From assembly GCA_022813865.1 (NCBI GenBank), contig JALDZX010000076.1, forward strand, positions 1 through 64,000: a stretch of DNA of 64,000 nucleotides. Reading direction: 5' to 3'. Positions 27,398 through 39,259 of the stretch are shown here, in pieces; within the stretch, counting starts at the first letter, position 1; the number at the start of each line of letters is the position of its first letter. This DNA is from Xylographa opegraphella (lineage: Eukaryota). The translations under genes were made by a program, and so were the position numbers. The notes beneath the pieces were generated by a model that saw nothing but the letters and a program-made list of their open reading frames with translations, made no database searches and was not told the DNA's origin.

Positions 27398-29062
27398 GGC
27401 TAGACTTGGCCGCTGATACGACGACGACGACGATACCCATTTGCTTTTTTCGAACCCCGATCGCGGTTTCCCCGACACCTCGATCGCAAGTGTACCATTT
27501 ATTAGGACGGAGTTCTTGCGGCCACCGCCCGGTCATCATATCACGGCCGGACATTTTCTTACCAGTGCACTCGGAGTGGAAGTGCTCATATCTTGCTATT
27601 TGCTACCAGTTGCCACGGAAATTGTGAATATACCGACATGGGGGGCGGATCACATCTTTTACTTTGATACCATTTTTTTTTTCTTCTTCTTTACTTTTGC
27701 TTCCAGCCTTCTGGGCCGGTTGACTTTGGGAGATGATACACGGGTCTTCGAAGCAACGATTTCACGACACACGATTTAGAGAGCAAAGCCGTTCGATACC
27801 CAGCCGATACCAACCATTCTCCGCGAATTTCCACCGGGGGATTGGTGGCTACTGTTTCATTTATTTGATTTCGTTTTCCGGCCAATTCCGTACACGATTT
27901 GACTCCACTCCCCAGTCGTCCCCCTTCCCTCGCCCTTTAATTTCGTTCGCCAAAACAAGCAAATCTCCATGACACGCGCTGGAGACAAATTCGTGCTCTC
28001 CGGTCCACGGGCTTCCGTTGGCTCCGACCTTTCGAGTTCTCGTTCCGATGGCGGATGAGCAAGCACGGCCGCCAAGCGTCTGCCTATCCCTCCTCACTCC
28101 TCACTCCTCACTTCTTCCTCCTCCTCCGACAAAAAACGACGTGGCACCACCCACCAGGGATTCGGGGGGTGTGGCTGCTCCCTGTGGACCAGTAGAACTA
28201 GCTAGCTAGGGCATAGTCTGCGAGTAAAAAAAAAAAGATGAAACCGCTCTACTCGAGTCCTGTAGTCTGTGCTCCAATCAAAAGCACCGTGGTGGCAGTT
28301 CGGCCCTGTGGCTTTCTCCCGCCAGCAACAGCCGGGAGGAAACAGCGTCGATGTACTGTACTGTACGGTTGCTTGTCACTCGCGCCCCCAGTTTTGGTTC
28401 GGCGCGGACGGTTGGTGTTGATACGCGCCTGGTCACTTGACCTTTGCTTTACTTTACCTAGGTAGCCACTCTTACCCTTACCTTACCCTACTTTACACTA
28501 GTGCTTAGTGCATCCCTGTCCTTCTCATCTGCTGTGGCTCGACCCGCCCTGTCCTTCATGCCGGCTCTGCCTCCGCGGTTAAGCCTCCCCCTCCTTCCCC
28601 CTTCCTTCCCTCCCCTACCGTACCCTACCGATTCCCCTCTCCTGCGTACCTTACCTTACTGTACGTCCCTTACAAAGGCCCCCGGCAGACCGGCTGCCGA
28701 GCACGAACCCCGCTCCCTCAAGCCACGCCAGCCACGCCAGCACAGCACAGCACAGCACCAGCGCGACGCGACGACAAGGGGGGAGAGCCACTCCCGATCG
28801 CGAACGAGAAGACCCTGAAGCGTTAGGCAGGTAGGTAGGTAGATCAGGGTTCGCGTCTGGCTCGCTCCGGCCGGTCCGTGGGGAGCTTCACCTGTATCGT
28901 TGTCATTATTATTGTTATTATTGCAGTTGTTTTTGTGCATGCATGCATGTGTGTAAGGTATGCATAAGGTGGATAGGGTAAGGTAGGGTAGTGGGGAGAG
29001 CTTTCCAGCCCATCCGACTTGCTCGCCACAGCGAAGCGCCACAGGATGTTGTTCGTGCCTGA

Positions 29063-29131
29063 GGTAGGTAAGGTAGGTAGGTAAGGTAGGTAGGTAAGGT
29101 AGGTAGGTAAGGTAGGTAGTCTAGGTAGGTA
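29063..29131. repeat. (GTAGGTAGGTAAG)n / (GGTA)n minisatellite
   Basis: Directly visible 13-bp periodic repeat. Confidence 0.9.
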
Positions 29132-30116
29132 CTGTATGGAGGAGGGAGTACGTGACCCCGCTTTGGCGTGGCGCTGGTGGTGACGCGATTTGTGTGGCGC
29201 GAGGCTGGGGAGGCGGGGGGGTGCACGGCCACGGGGTTGGGGAGTTGTGGTGTTTTTAGGAGGGGCGGGGGCGGTGATTGGGAGGTGCTTTAGAGGAGGA
29301 GGAGGCGGAGGAGGAGGAAGAGGAGAGTTGGTGATTTGGAATCGTGGAGTAGCTTGCTCGAGGCGTGTTTGCGCATATGTGGGATGTGTACGTGTACGTT
29401 CTACGAAGTACCTTTCCTCTCTCGCGCTGCTTGCTTGCTTGCTTGTTTGCTGCGAACCGAGATCCGACCTTCACTGATCGGCACTCTTTTGCGCACCCTC
29501 TCCATTCTTTCTATTTTCGTATGCCTGCGTTCTCTCCGTAATTCTCGTAGCGGCCGGATCGGCACCCCGTCGCTCGGGCTTTACAAAACGTACCTTACCC
29601 GTACGATTCTGTCTACTCCCGACGCGCTGGCAACGGAGTGATCGGCGGTGTGGCGAATGTTCTTCGTCCCTCGATGTGGTTTACTACGTGTGCGTGCGTG
29701 CTTTTCCTACCGAGCGCTTGGGGCGCCGGGGGGGGTCGCTTGGGAAGTTCCGCTTCATGCTGGGAGGACCCTGAGCCGGGGGGGTGGAAGGGGTGCGGCG
29801 TCGATCGTACTCTGGGCGTTTTGGCGAGGTTTGGGAGGGGGGGGAGGATCGGCGGTGGTGTGGCGTGGCGTGGTTGGGTTGGTGTGGCTGCGCTTGGGGG
29901 TTTTGGGAGGGTAGAGGGGGGGGTAACTATGTCGTCGTTCTCGTTTCCGCCGCTCGTTGCGAGTGGCCCGGGCGAGAGAGTGAGGAGGGTGCGGAGATGC
30001 GATGAGATGGAGGGGGGTTTTTTTGGTGAGGAATGGGATCGGGAAGACGGGCTCGTCAGCATCGTTGGTGGGAAAGATCACATGAAGGAGTGGGCTACGG
30101 GGCCAGGGTGGTTGGG

Positions 30117-30166
30117 NNNNNNNNNNNNNNNNNNNNNNNNNNNNNNNNNNNNNNNNNNNNNNNNNN

Positions 30167-30228
<62 letters not shown>
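30117..30228. other. Assembly gap (50 N) followed by a 62-nt poly-G run
   Basis: N at 30117-30166 and G at 30167-30228. Confidence 0.95.
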
Positions 30229-31138
30229 CGCAGGAAGGGGAGCCGGGTGCGTGTGCTGCGCATAAACACCCGTCCAAGTCGAGAGTCGTGCCATTCTTTT
30301 CTCGCTTCTTCAACTGTGAGGATGTCTTGGCACTACCAACGAGCATAGCATGAATAATTCCCCGCCTCGCTCCGTGATTCCGGTTCGCTTATCTATTCAT
30401 GAATCCCTCCCCCGCCCCTCTCCGCCCTCCGTCCTCCACCCCTTGAGATTTGCGACGGGAAATAAGGGAAAAAAAATATCTCGGATTCGATGTTCCCGCG
30501 ACGGCGACGTTGACTTCCCACCCTGCACGAAGCTACGTTGTCTGCCCACCACACGGCCATGATCGATCGGGACTTACCGCTCTGCGGAAATCGCTTGTCG
30601 CTGTTGAAGTGCGTTAATAGAGAGGGAGGCCGAGGATTGAGATGCGCGCGGAGCGGGATGGAGAGCTGGGGCATTGAGGGGAAGATTCTGGGCGTTGGGA
30701 TCCTTCGGGTGGGTTATGTCTGCGAAGGGGGAGATATGTACGTCGCGGTGGGGGTCAGTATCGAAGAGAGGGTAAGGGGCGCGGACACTAGAGGGATTTA
30801 TGCAGTGGTTGGCGGCGTGATGATAGGAGCGCGGATTGCGCATATAATGTACATGCATTCGATACAGTCGATTACGACGGCCTTAGCAACCAGAGAGGCA
30901 AGTAAAAAGCCAGGGACTTTCGCGTTTCCAACTAATCGGTCTTTATATTTTCGATATACGTCTATTCGATGCCCACACGATCCCCAGCCCCAGTTGCGCT
31001 GAAAATACTCCTCCGCACGATACACCACCACTCCGATCCAACCATCTTGCCAGAACCAGCTCTGCACAGCTAATATGACCACACACATAATACACAATAC
31101 TAATCCCCATCCCAACCCCCCTCCCCGGCAACCCCATC

Positions 31139-32882
31139 TCACATCCACAAACACAACTTCCCACTCGCCGTCCCCCCCGCCACCCAGTCTTTCGTCGGGT
31201 GGAACTGCGCCACCGCCGGCACGGCGGTGATGCCATCCCCGCCCAGCTGCGCGAGCTGCTCCCCCTTGGCGGTGTAGATGTCCACGAAGCGGTTCATATT
31301 GCCGATGCAGAAGCGCTGGACGGAATCCGCGGGCTGGGCCTGCCATTGCGCGCGGAGGCTGCGGCACCTGGTGTAAGTACATACATGCACACGCACAAGC
31401 AAGCAGAAGGGGAGAGGGGGGATCCCGAGGCCTACATACATGGTCACCCATCTGCCCGTCTGGTTGTTATGCCGCACCGTCGCGCTCGGCTCCATGGCCA
31501 CTGCCTCGACGGTGTGCCCGGCCTTCCAGCCGCCCATGCCTTCGAACGAGTGGATCTTCACCGTGTCGTCGTAGCTCGCGGTCGCGACCTGCCCGACCGC
31601 GTTGAACGCCGCGTGGCTGACGCTCAGCCGGCTGAGATGCTCCCCCACGCACACCGGCGCCCGCGCGTCGCCTTTGCCTAGCATTTTCCGCAGGTCCCAC
31701 ACCCGCATGAAGCGGTCCAGGCTCGCGGTCGCGAGGAAGTGCGGGTACTGCGGGTGCATGGAGAAGCCGCCGATCTTCTTTTCCGAAAGCTGGTAGACGT
31801 CCGTGGCGGAGGCGGCGGGAGCCCGGGTGTCGTGTCGGCCGACGAAGCCGTCGAGGCGGGAGAAGTAGAGAACGTGTGGGGATAGGGGATCAACTTCGAT
31901 GCCGGAGAGGGGTTCATCGGCGTCGGAGTCAGAGGGGCCGTAGACCTCGGTGGAGGTGGATTTGGTGAGATCGAGGAGGCGGAGGGAGGAGTCGTAGGAG
32001 GCGGTGTAGAGATGAGAGGCGTTGAGAGGGGAGAATTGAAAGGCAGCGATGGTGCGGGTATGGAGGTGGAAGGAGGTGATGGCTGGAGTGGGGAGGTCAT
32101 CATCATCGAGCTCGGGGTCTTCGGGGTCGAGGTCCTCTGCTTTTATAGGTTCGGTTTTAGGCGCCGGATTGGTAGTCTGCGAGGCGTCGAAGATTCCGAG
32201 GTTGCCTAGTTTGTCGCCGGCAAAGATAAGTGCCTTCGACGGCTCGGGGTGGAAGCCAATGGAGTAGATCCGCTCGGGGGTGATTTTGATCCCTACGACC
32301 ATCAGCACCAGAAAATACAACACAACGAAAGCGCATATACTGACTATTCGGCTCGAATCCCTCATACAGCTCCAGACTACTCATCTTCTCCCTCAAAGCC
32401 CTCAACTCCTTGTCCGAAGTCTCCTTCACTTCCGACTCTCCGAAAGTCCGCTCGTACGGCTTCGCACCCCTTGAGAAGACATCCACCAGATAGTTCTCAC
32501 TCTTGTCCCACCCTTTCCCGGCAACAACGATGTCGGTCAAGTCCAGGTTGCCCGATACCCGCTGTCTTTTCGCTCTGGCGGCCTGCTGCACCGCCTCGTA
32601 CTCATCCTCCGCTTTGCGCTTCGCGACCTCGCTGTCGGCCGTCAAACCGGCCAAACGGGAAGACGTTCGGCGGGGAAGTACTTCTTCCTTTACCCGCCTG
32701 ACCGCGGACTTCTTGTGTGCTTTGTTACCGTTAGTAGCAGGTCTGCCGGCGGGTCGCCCAGCGGGCTTTGGTTGGAACGCTGCGCTGGCGGCGTCGAGGG
32801 CCAATTGCTTGATGAGGGCATCTCGTTCAGCGATGTTGGCCTGGCGCTGCTGCTCGTAATCACTGATCTGTACTTTAGCCAT
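31139..32882 (-). CDS. CMR1: WD40 DNA damage-binding protein Cmr1 (WDR76)
   Basis: Motifs [43 protein letters not shown] and [10 protein letters not shown], ending ASGKLCLWM. Two introns. Confidence 0.93.
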
Positions 32883-32946
32883 ATTTCTGTGTGTTCTGAG
32901 GCTTATTGGTACTTCCTGACGACCAATTGTTGGTTGAAATTCAACA

Positions 32947-32993
32947 ACGCGACCTCGACGTCATGAGCTTGACGCGTTAAGTGCGCTTTCGCG
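32947..32993. promoter_or_regulatory. MCB/SCB-like cell-cycle elements upstream of CMR1
   Basis: ACGCG at 32947, ACGCGT at 32972 and TTTCGCG at 32987. Confidence 0.5.
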
Positions 32994-33558
32994 ACGCAAT
33001 CGGCAGCCTCGCTTAGTCCCATTCTAGAATATGTAATGCTTCAATCGCAAGCTGGAGCATAATAAATCCAAAGCGATGCTTGGTGTAAAATCGTTATAGT
33101 TGTTGCTCATCAGGTACAACCACAATCACTGGGAACCGTCGGTGATCAAGTCAGGACAAGAATAGATGTATTGTCCTGAAGCCCACCACCACCCCTGCAT
33201 AGATGTTGCAGGCTATCGATAATTCCTGAAGAATAGATTGGTACAAAACCAACAGAAAGCAAACGCTCGTTGAAACAAGAATGCCTAAGTACCCGGCTGC
33301 AACGCTTGCAAAAAAGCCCAAGAGCACAGCTGCCAGAACAAATTCCCCAACTCCAAATCAAAGTCCCGAACCCTCGCCAGGAAAAACTGGTCTCCAACCA
33401 CTTCACACCCAAAGACTCCCCGATACAACTGTTGGACCTCTAGACTTTGTAATGCAATTTCTTAAAGTCACTGCGCGGTGTTAGTGATTGATTTAGGTAT
33501 GGTGGAGATCAGTATTGCAAGTGACTTACTTCTCCGAGTCATCCCTCAAGCTAACAGT

Positions 33559-33962
33559 TCATGGCACATATCTATCAAGATGTTCATAGGTAGCCCGCCC
33601 CAAGTCCGAAGACCTCCGGGTGCGTTTGCCTGTCTGATGCTGAATGTTGTGCCATGATTTTCCTGCTACAAGGATGTATTAGTTGATGAGACTCAATGAG
33701 TTTGAAAGACGACTTGCGTTTGTGTCTCATAGACCAGACGGACCAGATTCCTCCCCATTTCTTCTGGTCGAATCGAGTTGCCTTTGAGGAGGATGTCAGT
33801 GAATGTAAGGGAGCATTGAGGTGCTGGAAGGCCCGCATACCTGCAAATAATACTCTCCTGGCTGTGCTTGCCAAGCTCGTCTTGCTTCCCCAGTCTCCAT
33901 GTCAATGACCTGTAGGATATGTTAACATGCTGAAAGTGATAGTAAGTAGACGAACATACCAT
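33559..33962 (-). CDS. Putative small (~80 aa) multi-exon orphan protein
   Basis: Introns at 33910-33959, 33782-33840 and 33666-33717 (GC donor) each have a branch point and acceptor. Splicing them gives an open frame from ATG 33962 to TGA 33559. Confidence 0.45.
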
Positions 33963-33996
33963 TGGTCAATATCCTCCGAACTGTACATGCTCCAAC

Positions 33997-34063
33997 TCCA
34001 GTCCAGTAAGTCCAGTCCAGTAAGTCCAGTCCAGTCCAGTCCAGTCCAGTCCAGTCCAGTCCA
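33997..34063. repeat. (CCAGT)n microsatellite
   Basis: Visible pentanucleotide array with two interruptions. Confidence 0.92.
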
Positions 34064-34111
34064 AGATGTCCAAGAGGGCCAGCCAGCTGATCCTCCAGAT
34101 AGCAAAACCCT

Positions 34112-35107
34112 CTAGATTCCTAGGAGTCTGTTGATAAGATCCATAGTCTTCGGATCCGAGCCCCAGTCCGGCATGCTCATAAGTTCGGCAATGCTGACTC
34201 CCTTGTCCGGCTCCGGAACCGGGTCATGATCCTGATCCGGATCGTACTTCGGAGGCCAGATTACCTTTGGTGCCAAGGGGTCCGAAAACACAGAGAGTAC
34301 CAGCACAGTGTTCCTGGATTCGTCGAACCTGACAGTCTTTGGCTCCTTGGCAATGCCCCGCAAGTTCTTCTTGAGAATTGACTCCGGAGCATCTGGGTCA
34401 TATTTCTTGGGCCACACCTTCTTCGGCGCCAAGGGGTTTGAGAACACAGAAAGAACCCATACACTATTCCGAGATTCCTGGAATGTGACAGTCTTCTTCT
34501 CCTTGGTTGTTCCGTTGGAATCCTTCTCGAGTGCAGACCGGAGAGGAAGAGGAGCTAAACTTGCCTTTGATAAAGGGTTGTGACCTACCCGGGAAGATGC
34601 CAATATCGGGGCATGAGAAAGGTTATGACATACCTTGGAAGATGCCAATACCGGGGCATGAGGCTTAGATCCATCCGATCGTGATAGCCTGGAAGAAAGG
34701 TTGTGTCCTACCTTGGAGGATGCCAATATCGGGGCATGAGTCCCAGAATCCACCGGTCGGGGAAGCCTGGAAGAGGGGTTGTGACCTACCCGAGAAGCTG
34801 CCAATATCGGGGCAGAGTTGAGATCCACCTGTGGCCTGGCGGAATCCCTGGAGAACCCGGGCTGCAGCATCTGTCTGGCAAGAGGACTTGGCTGAGAAGG
34901 GGTGATACATACCTGTGCAGGTGAAGCACGTCCGGGAGCCGGTGCAGCAGAAGTTGCCTGGATCCAGGGTCTTGGCCTGGACTCCCTGTGTGCTGCTCGC
35001 TCCTGCATTGTCGATGAAGAAAAGGAACTTGTCCTTGAACTGCTGGATGAACCTGCTAGATGGGGGAGAACCAAAGAAGCCATGAACCTGAGAGATGATG
35101 AAGCCAT
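34112..35107 (-). CDS. Intronless orphan 331-aa protein with internal repeats and RVxF-like motifs
   Basis: Open 996-nt ORF with four copies of AP(I/V)LAxS(R/K)VxHN and two copies of a ~52-aa unit containing KTV(T/R)F. Confidence 0.65.
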   Translation of the reverse strand: MASSSLRFMASLVLPHLAGSSSSSRTSSFSSSTMQERAAHRESRPRPWIQATSAAPAPGRASPAQVCITPSQPSPLARQMLQPGFSRDSARPQVDLNSAPILAASRVGHNPSSRLPRPVDSGTHAPILASSKVGHNLSSRLSRSDGSKPHAPVLASSKVCHNLSHAPILASSRVGHNPLSKASLAPLPLRSALEKDSNGTTKEKKTVTFQESRNSVWVLSVFSNPLAPKKVWPKKYDPDAPESILKKNLRGIAKEPKTVRFDESRNTVLVLSVFSDPLAPKVIWPPKYDPDQDHDPVPEPDKGVSIAELMSMPDWGSDPKTMDLINRLLGI

Positions 35108-35460
35108 TGTGTGTCTTGTGTGTCTAAAAAATGATCAGTGTGGGTGCCCCTCGAACCTTTCTCGGACACCCCGAAGAAATGAAGAGGGAGTGGGAATCAG
35201 CAGATTATATAGAAATTCCCTCTCACATGCGAGCAGCAGTGGAGCAAAGTAAACAAATGATGACGAACACTCGACCATACTGATTAGGCTTTGGGTCCCA
35301 CTTTAGATTAGCCAGAGTGCGGTCTTAAACGCGATTACAACTTAGAACCAGTGCAATTGCAGGTCAAAGCCCAATCAACAAAGCATAATGGAGACTCTAC
35401 CATGGATAGAATACAGTGCATTGATCGGACAGAGTCCACTCGAGCAGGTTTTGAGTTGTC

Positions 35461-35875
35461 TTTCAGCATTATTCTCCAAATAGTGGATCAACACACGGCC
35501 TCTAACCATAATATCAACATAAACACAATACCACGACCCACTCAATCCACAACACTGAGCACTCGACCATCGATCGAACACCGATTATTGCTCGATAGAG
35601 TTCAGTTGGGCAGAAATTGCAATTAACTCCGAGCATCAATCACCCACAAAGTGGATCAATACACGATTTCAAAACCATAAAACCGATAAGTATACTTCGC
35701 AGCCCGACACTCAAGAAAATTTGCAATTGAGTTAATCTTTAATCACCACTCCAGCGATTCGGCACATGACTCCAAACCATAACACCAACATACACAAATG
35801 CTACAACCCACTCAATCAATAATACTGAGTACGCAACCATGAATCAAAGGACTCAGCATTTCTCAAAGCAGTACA
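35461..35875. repeat. Degenerate direct repeats
   Basis: AGTGGATCAA.ACACG..AACCATAA at 35482 and 35650. AACCATAA.A.CAACATA.ACA..ACCCACTCAATC..ACTGAG at about 35504 and about 35776. Confidence 0.7.
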
Positions 35876-36593
35876 TTTGAGCGAATACCTGACAAACTTT
35901 TCGCATTGATGCCCAGCACAGCTTCAACGCATGGTCGGCAAACCGTATTCTTGTACACAACACACGGCCGGTGAAGTACAAGCTCAAGGTTTTGCGAATA
36001 CACTTCGTGAGAATAGCTTATTCAAAATCTTATACAGAGGCACGGCAACATGACTACCGTGCGAGAGGTGACGTCGAAGGTCCTAAGGTAGCCGCTAAGT
36101 CTCGGATCAGCTAGCCGAGGGCGTTTTCGTATAAGCATAATTTGAAGCATAATAAAGCACGTCAATTCAGCTGTCTCGAGCGTGGCACCGTACAGCCAAA
36201 ATACACGACTGACGAAATTAACGTACAAGTGCCGCATCGAAACACAATGGTAGCGCCGAGTACGATAAGCTATGTTGAGGATCAAATCTGACGGCAGCCT
36301 CAGCAAATACATTTCTTAGGAACAATCACACAGAAGGCTGGGTTGGCGACTGCAATATTGGTTTGTACCATGGCGACTTTTCGCGTAGTCACGACGTTGT
36401 TTATTATTCATAAAACGGCAGCACGACATAATAGTATTTTTACCCCTTCCATAGTAGACAATACTACTTATAAATATTGCAGTTGGCACCCCCATACCTT
36501 ATCCCTTATACCAGCGATTCGCCTGAGTGTCGAAAACCCCCAAACTACGCCCTCGGACAGCTTCTGTCCACAAGTACTACCCTATTTGCCCGG

Positions 36594-39259
36594 TCATCCA
36601 CCCCTTTCTCCAAACTCCTTTGCCCAGTCCTCGAATTCCTTCAAGCCCTGCTTACTGACACTCGGCCGGATGTTGACCAAGCTTGCCTCAAAGTCTTCGA
36701 ACTGTATTGGCCGGATCTCGTCCATGGACATATGCAGTAATGCCTCGCCGAGACTGCGTAGCGGCCCCATGGCCGCGTCTTTCGCCAAGGCAGTGATATC
36801 TGAACCCGAAAAGCCTAATGAAAATGAGCCATTAGCATGCGACATTGGTAGTAGAAGGAACAAGGAAATGTTGAGCGTACCATCTGTCAGCTCAACCAGA
36901 ACCTCGATATCCTGCGCATTGAGATTATGTTTTTGGTGACTTAGCAGAGTCTTAAGCTGCGTGGCACGCACATGTCCTTCAGGTAGTGGGATGTATTGTC
37001 TCCTCACGAACCGTCTCCGCGCAGCCTCATCAATGGCCCATGGCAGGTTTGTAGCAGCTAGCACAAGTACACGGCTTGCATCTCCTTCTCGCTTCTCTTT
37101 CTCGGACTGCTCTTTCCCCGCGGCTGCGCGCTGCAGATCTGACCACTGAATCAGGAATTCGGTCTTGATACGTCGTGTGGATTCGTGCTCGCTAGAACCC
37201 CCTCTGGATGAAAGCAGGGAGTCAATCTCGTCGACGAAGATGATACTTGGGGCTAGAGCCTTTGCAAGGGCGAACAGGGCGCGCACTAGCTTTTCAGATT
37301 CGCCCAAAAATTTGGAAGTCAAGCTAGAGGCGGAGATTGCGAAAAACGTAGAATGAGATTCGGTGGCAACGGCTCGGGCAAGCATAGTCTTTCCCGTACC
37401 GGGGGGACCGAAGAGGAGCATACCCCTTGCCGGCTCTCGCAGACCCATAAACAGATCCGGCCTGAGAAATGGATATACCACAGCTTCCTTCAAGGCGGTC
37501 TTTGCAGGTTCCAAGCCGGCGACATCACTCCAATGAACCTCGTCACCCTGGACCACGATTTCGTTGAAGATTTGCTTGGCTGCATTCTCGTCAACGCCTT
37601 TTGGTAAGTGTTTTCTGATGTAAGCTACACGCTCTTCCCAGACTTTGGACTCCAGAGATCCCTCGGGAGAGTCCCGATCTGTTGATCCTGGTGTTATTGA
37701 TGCATCAACAAGCAGCGGCTCAGCCGCTTTCTTCCGAGGCGACTTCTTAGAACCATTTTGCCTTTCTCTACTACTGCTGGTGTTATCGTCTCCACTATCC
37801 GAAGAAGTGAGTGGTCGAATAATGGTCTTGCCTGGACGGTTATCTCTTGGTGATGGGGCGTTCGTGACAGGGCGACGACTGAGAGCTGCTGGAACTGGAG
37901 GACGTGGTTTTCGCAGAGGTGAACGTTGGCGGGCAGATGGTTTTGATAGTGGTAATCCATCATTTTGCCTATGCGGCTTAGCGAGTGCAGCTTGCGCAGA
38001 AGCTTTTGATGCATCTGAAGGCGCAGGATACTCATGTCGATAAGAGATCTCTAAAGGCGATTTTGGATATACTGGTAAAGGTGATTGCCGAGATTGCGTG
38101 TGGCTGTTCTCTGTCAGTTCTAGCTGTGGTGGAGGCGGCGCAAGTGGTTCTAAGCAGATTAGATCTTCAAGGTTTTGGGAATGAGGCTTCACAAGCACGT
38201 TTGCTGTCTTTCGGCTTGTGTCCAACGAACGATCGTCGTAGCTTCTTGTCCTTGGTAATATGGGTGCGGACAAAAGACCAGGTGGGGATCGTGGTCGTGC
38301 AAAACTCTTGCTTCGTGAGCTTGAGGCGTCACCATCGTTGGACGTAGTAGAATCTCTTTTTGAGATACTTTTGTCCTCGAAGCTGTTCCGAGCAGAGGAA
38401 TTGATGGCATTGCTGCTTCCGTTCTGGTTGGTTGGAGCTTGACCAAGACGTTGCCCTGTTGATCGGGAAATCGAGTCCCAAGCAAGACCTGCCGCTTTTG
38501 ATGCAGCCGGAGGATCTGATTTCCGGCCTAACGTATCTCTGGACTTGGAAGGCCTCTTGCCATCCTTATTTGGACGGAGAGTGGTTAACAACCGGCTTCT
38601 CTTCTCGGGACTAGGGCTCCTTGAACTATGTTTGGACAGACTAGGACGTGGCTGAGCACTGTACCGAGGGGGAAAGCGAGACATGTCATTTGATTGATCT
38701 AATCGGGTAATGGGAGATGCTGAGCTTCTTTCGCGGATAACACCAGGCCGTTGAGGCAGTGGGGGCCCCGGACGCGAGAGATCAGGATAGCTCAGAGCTG
38801 GTACAGTACCTTGTCCTATCCACTTTGTGGGTTCCTGCAAGGTATGCTCGGACGGGATCTTGGTAAGAGTGGGTGACGTCCTCCTAAGGGAAGTACTGCT
38901 GTCTTTGTTATCTTTAATTTCCGTTCGGCTTTGCCTCAGGGTCCTCAACAAGTCTACTCTTTCTTTGCATTGCAGCTCCATGTCGTGAAGAGAATCTTGG
39001 AGCGCTTTGTCCGTTTCTGATGCCGGACGGTAGTTCGGTGGCACCCGGTAGGCATTGTGGTAGTAAATTTTGTCGAGGGCAGATTGCCAGGACTTCAGTG
39101 CGTCGGCCTCGTTGTTCTGCGAGCTGTCAGATCGGTGGTAGCGATCAGACTCGGAAGTATTCAGCATACCTTACTCTCGAAATAGACGGCAGTAGAACAC
39201 AACAAATAGCACTCGTCGTACGTCTTCTGCATCGAAGACGAGGTCTTGTTGCGCATCAT
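36594..39259 (-). CDS. Spastin/fidgetin-like AAA ATPase (Sap1/Yta6 group)
   Basis: Walker A GPPGTGKT, Walker B IIFVDEIDS, SRH ATNLPWAIDEAARRRF, and a Vps4_C-like end. Exon 1 reads MMRNK..QKTYDECYL. Introns at about 39117-39169 and 36814-36879. Confidence 0.93.

Noticed and set aside
30167..30228. 62-nt poly-G and the poly-Gly/poly-Pro ORFs through it
   Set aside because: It abuts an N gap. The length is unreliable and may be a sequencing or assembly artefact.
34180..34830. CRISPR-like array in the repeats
   Set aside because: Eukaryotic context. The repeats are in-frame coding duplications without unique spacers or cas genes.
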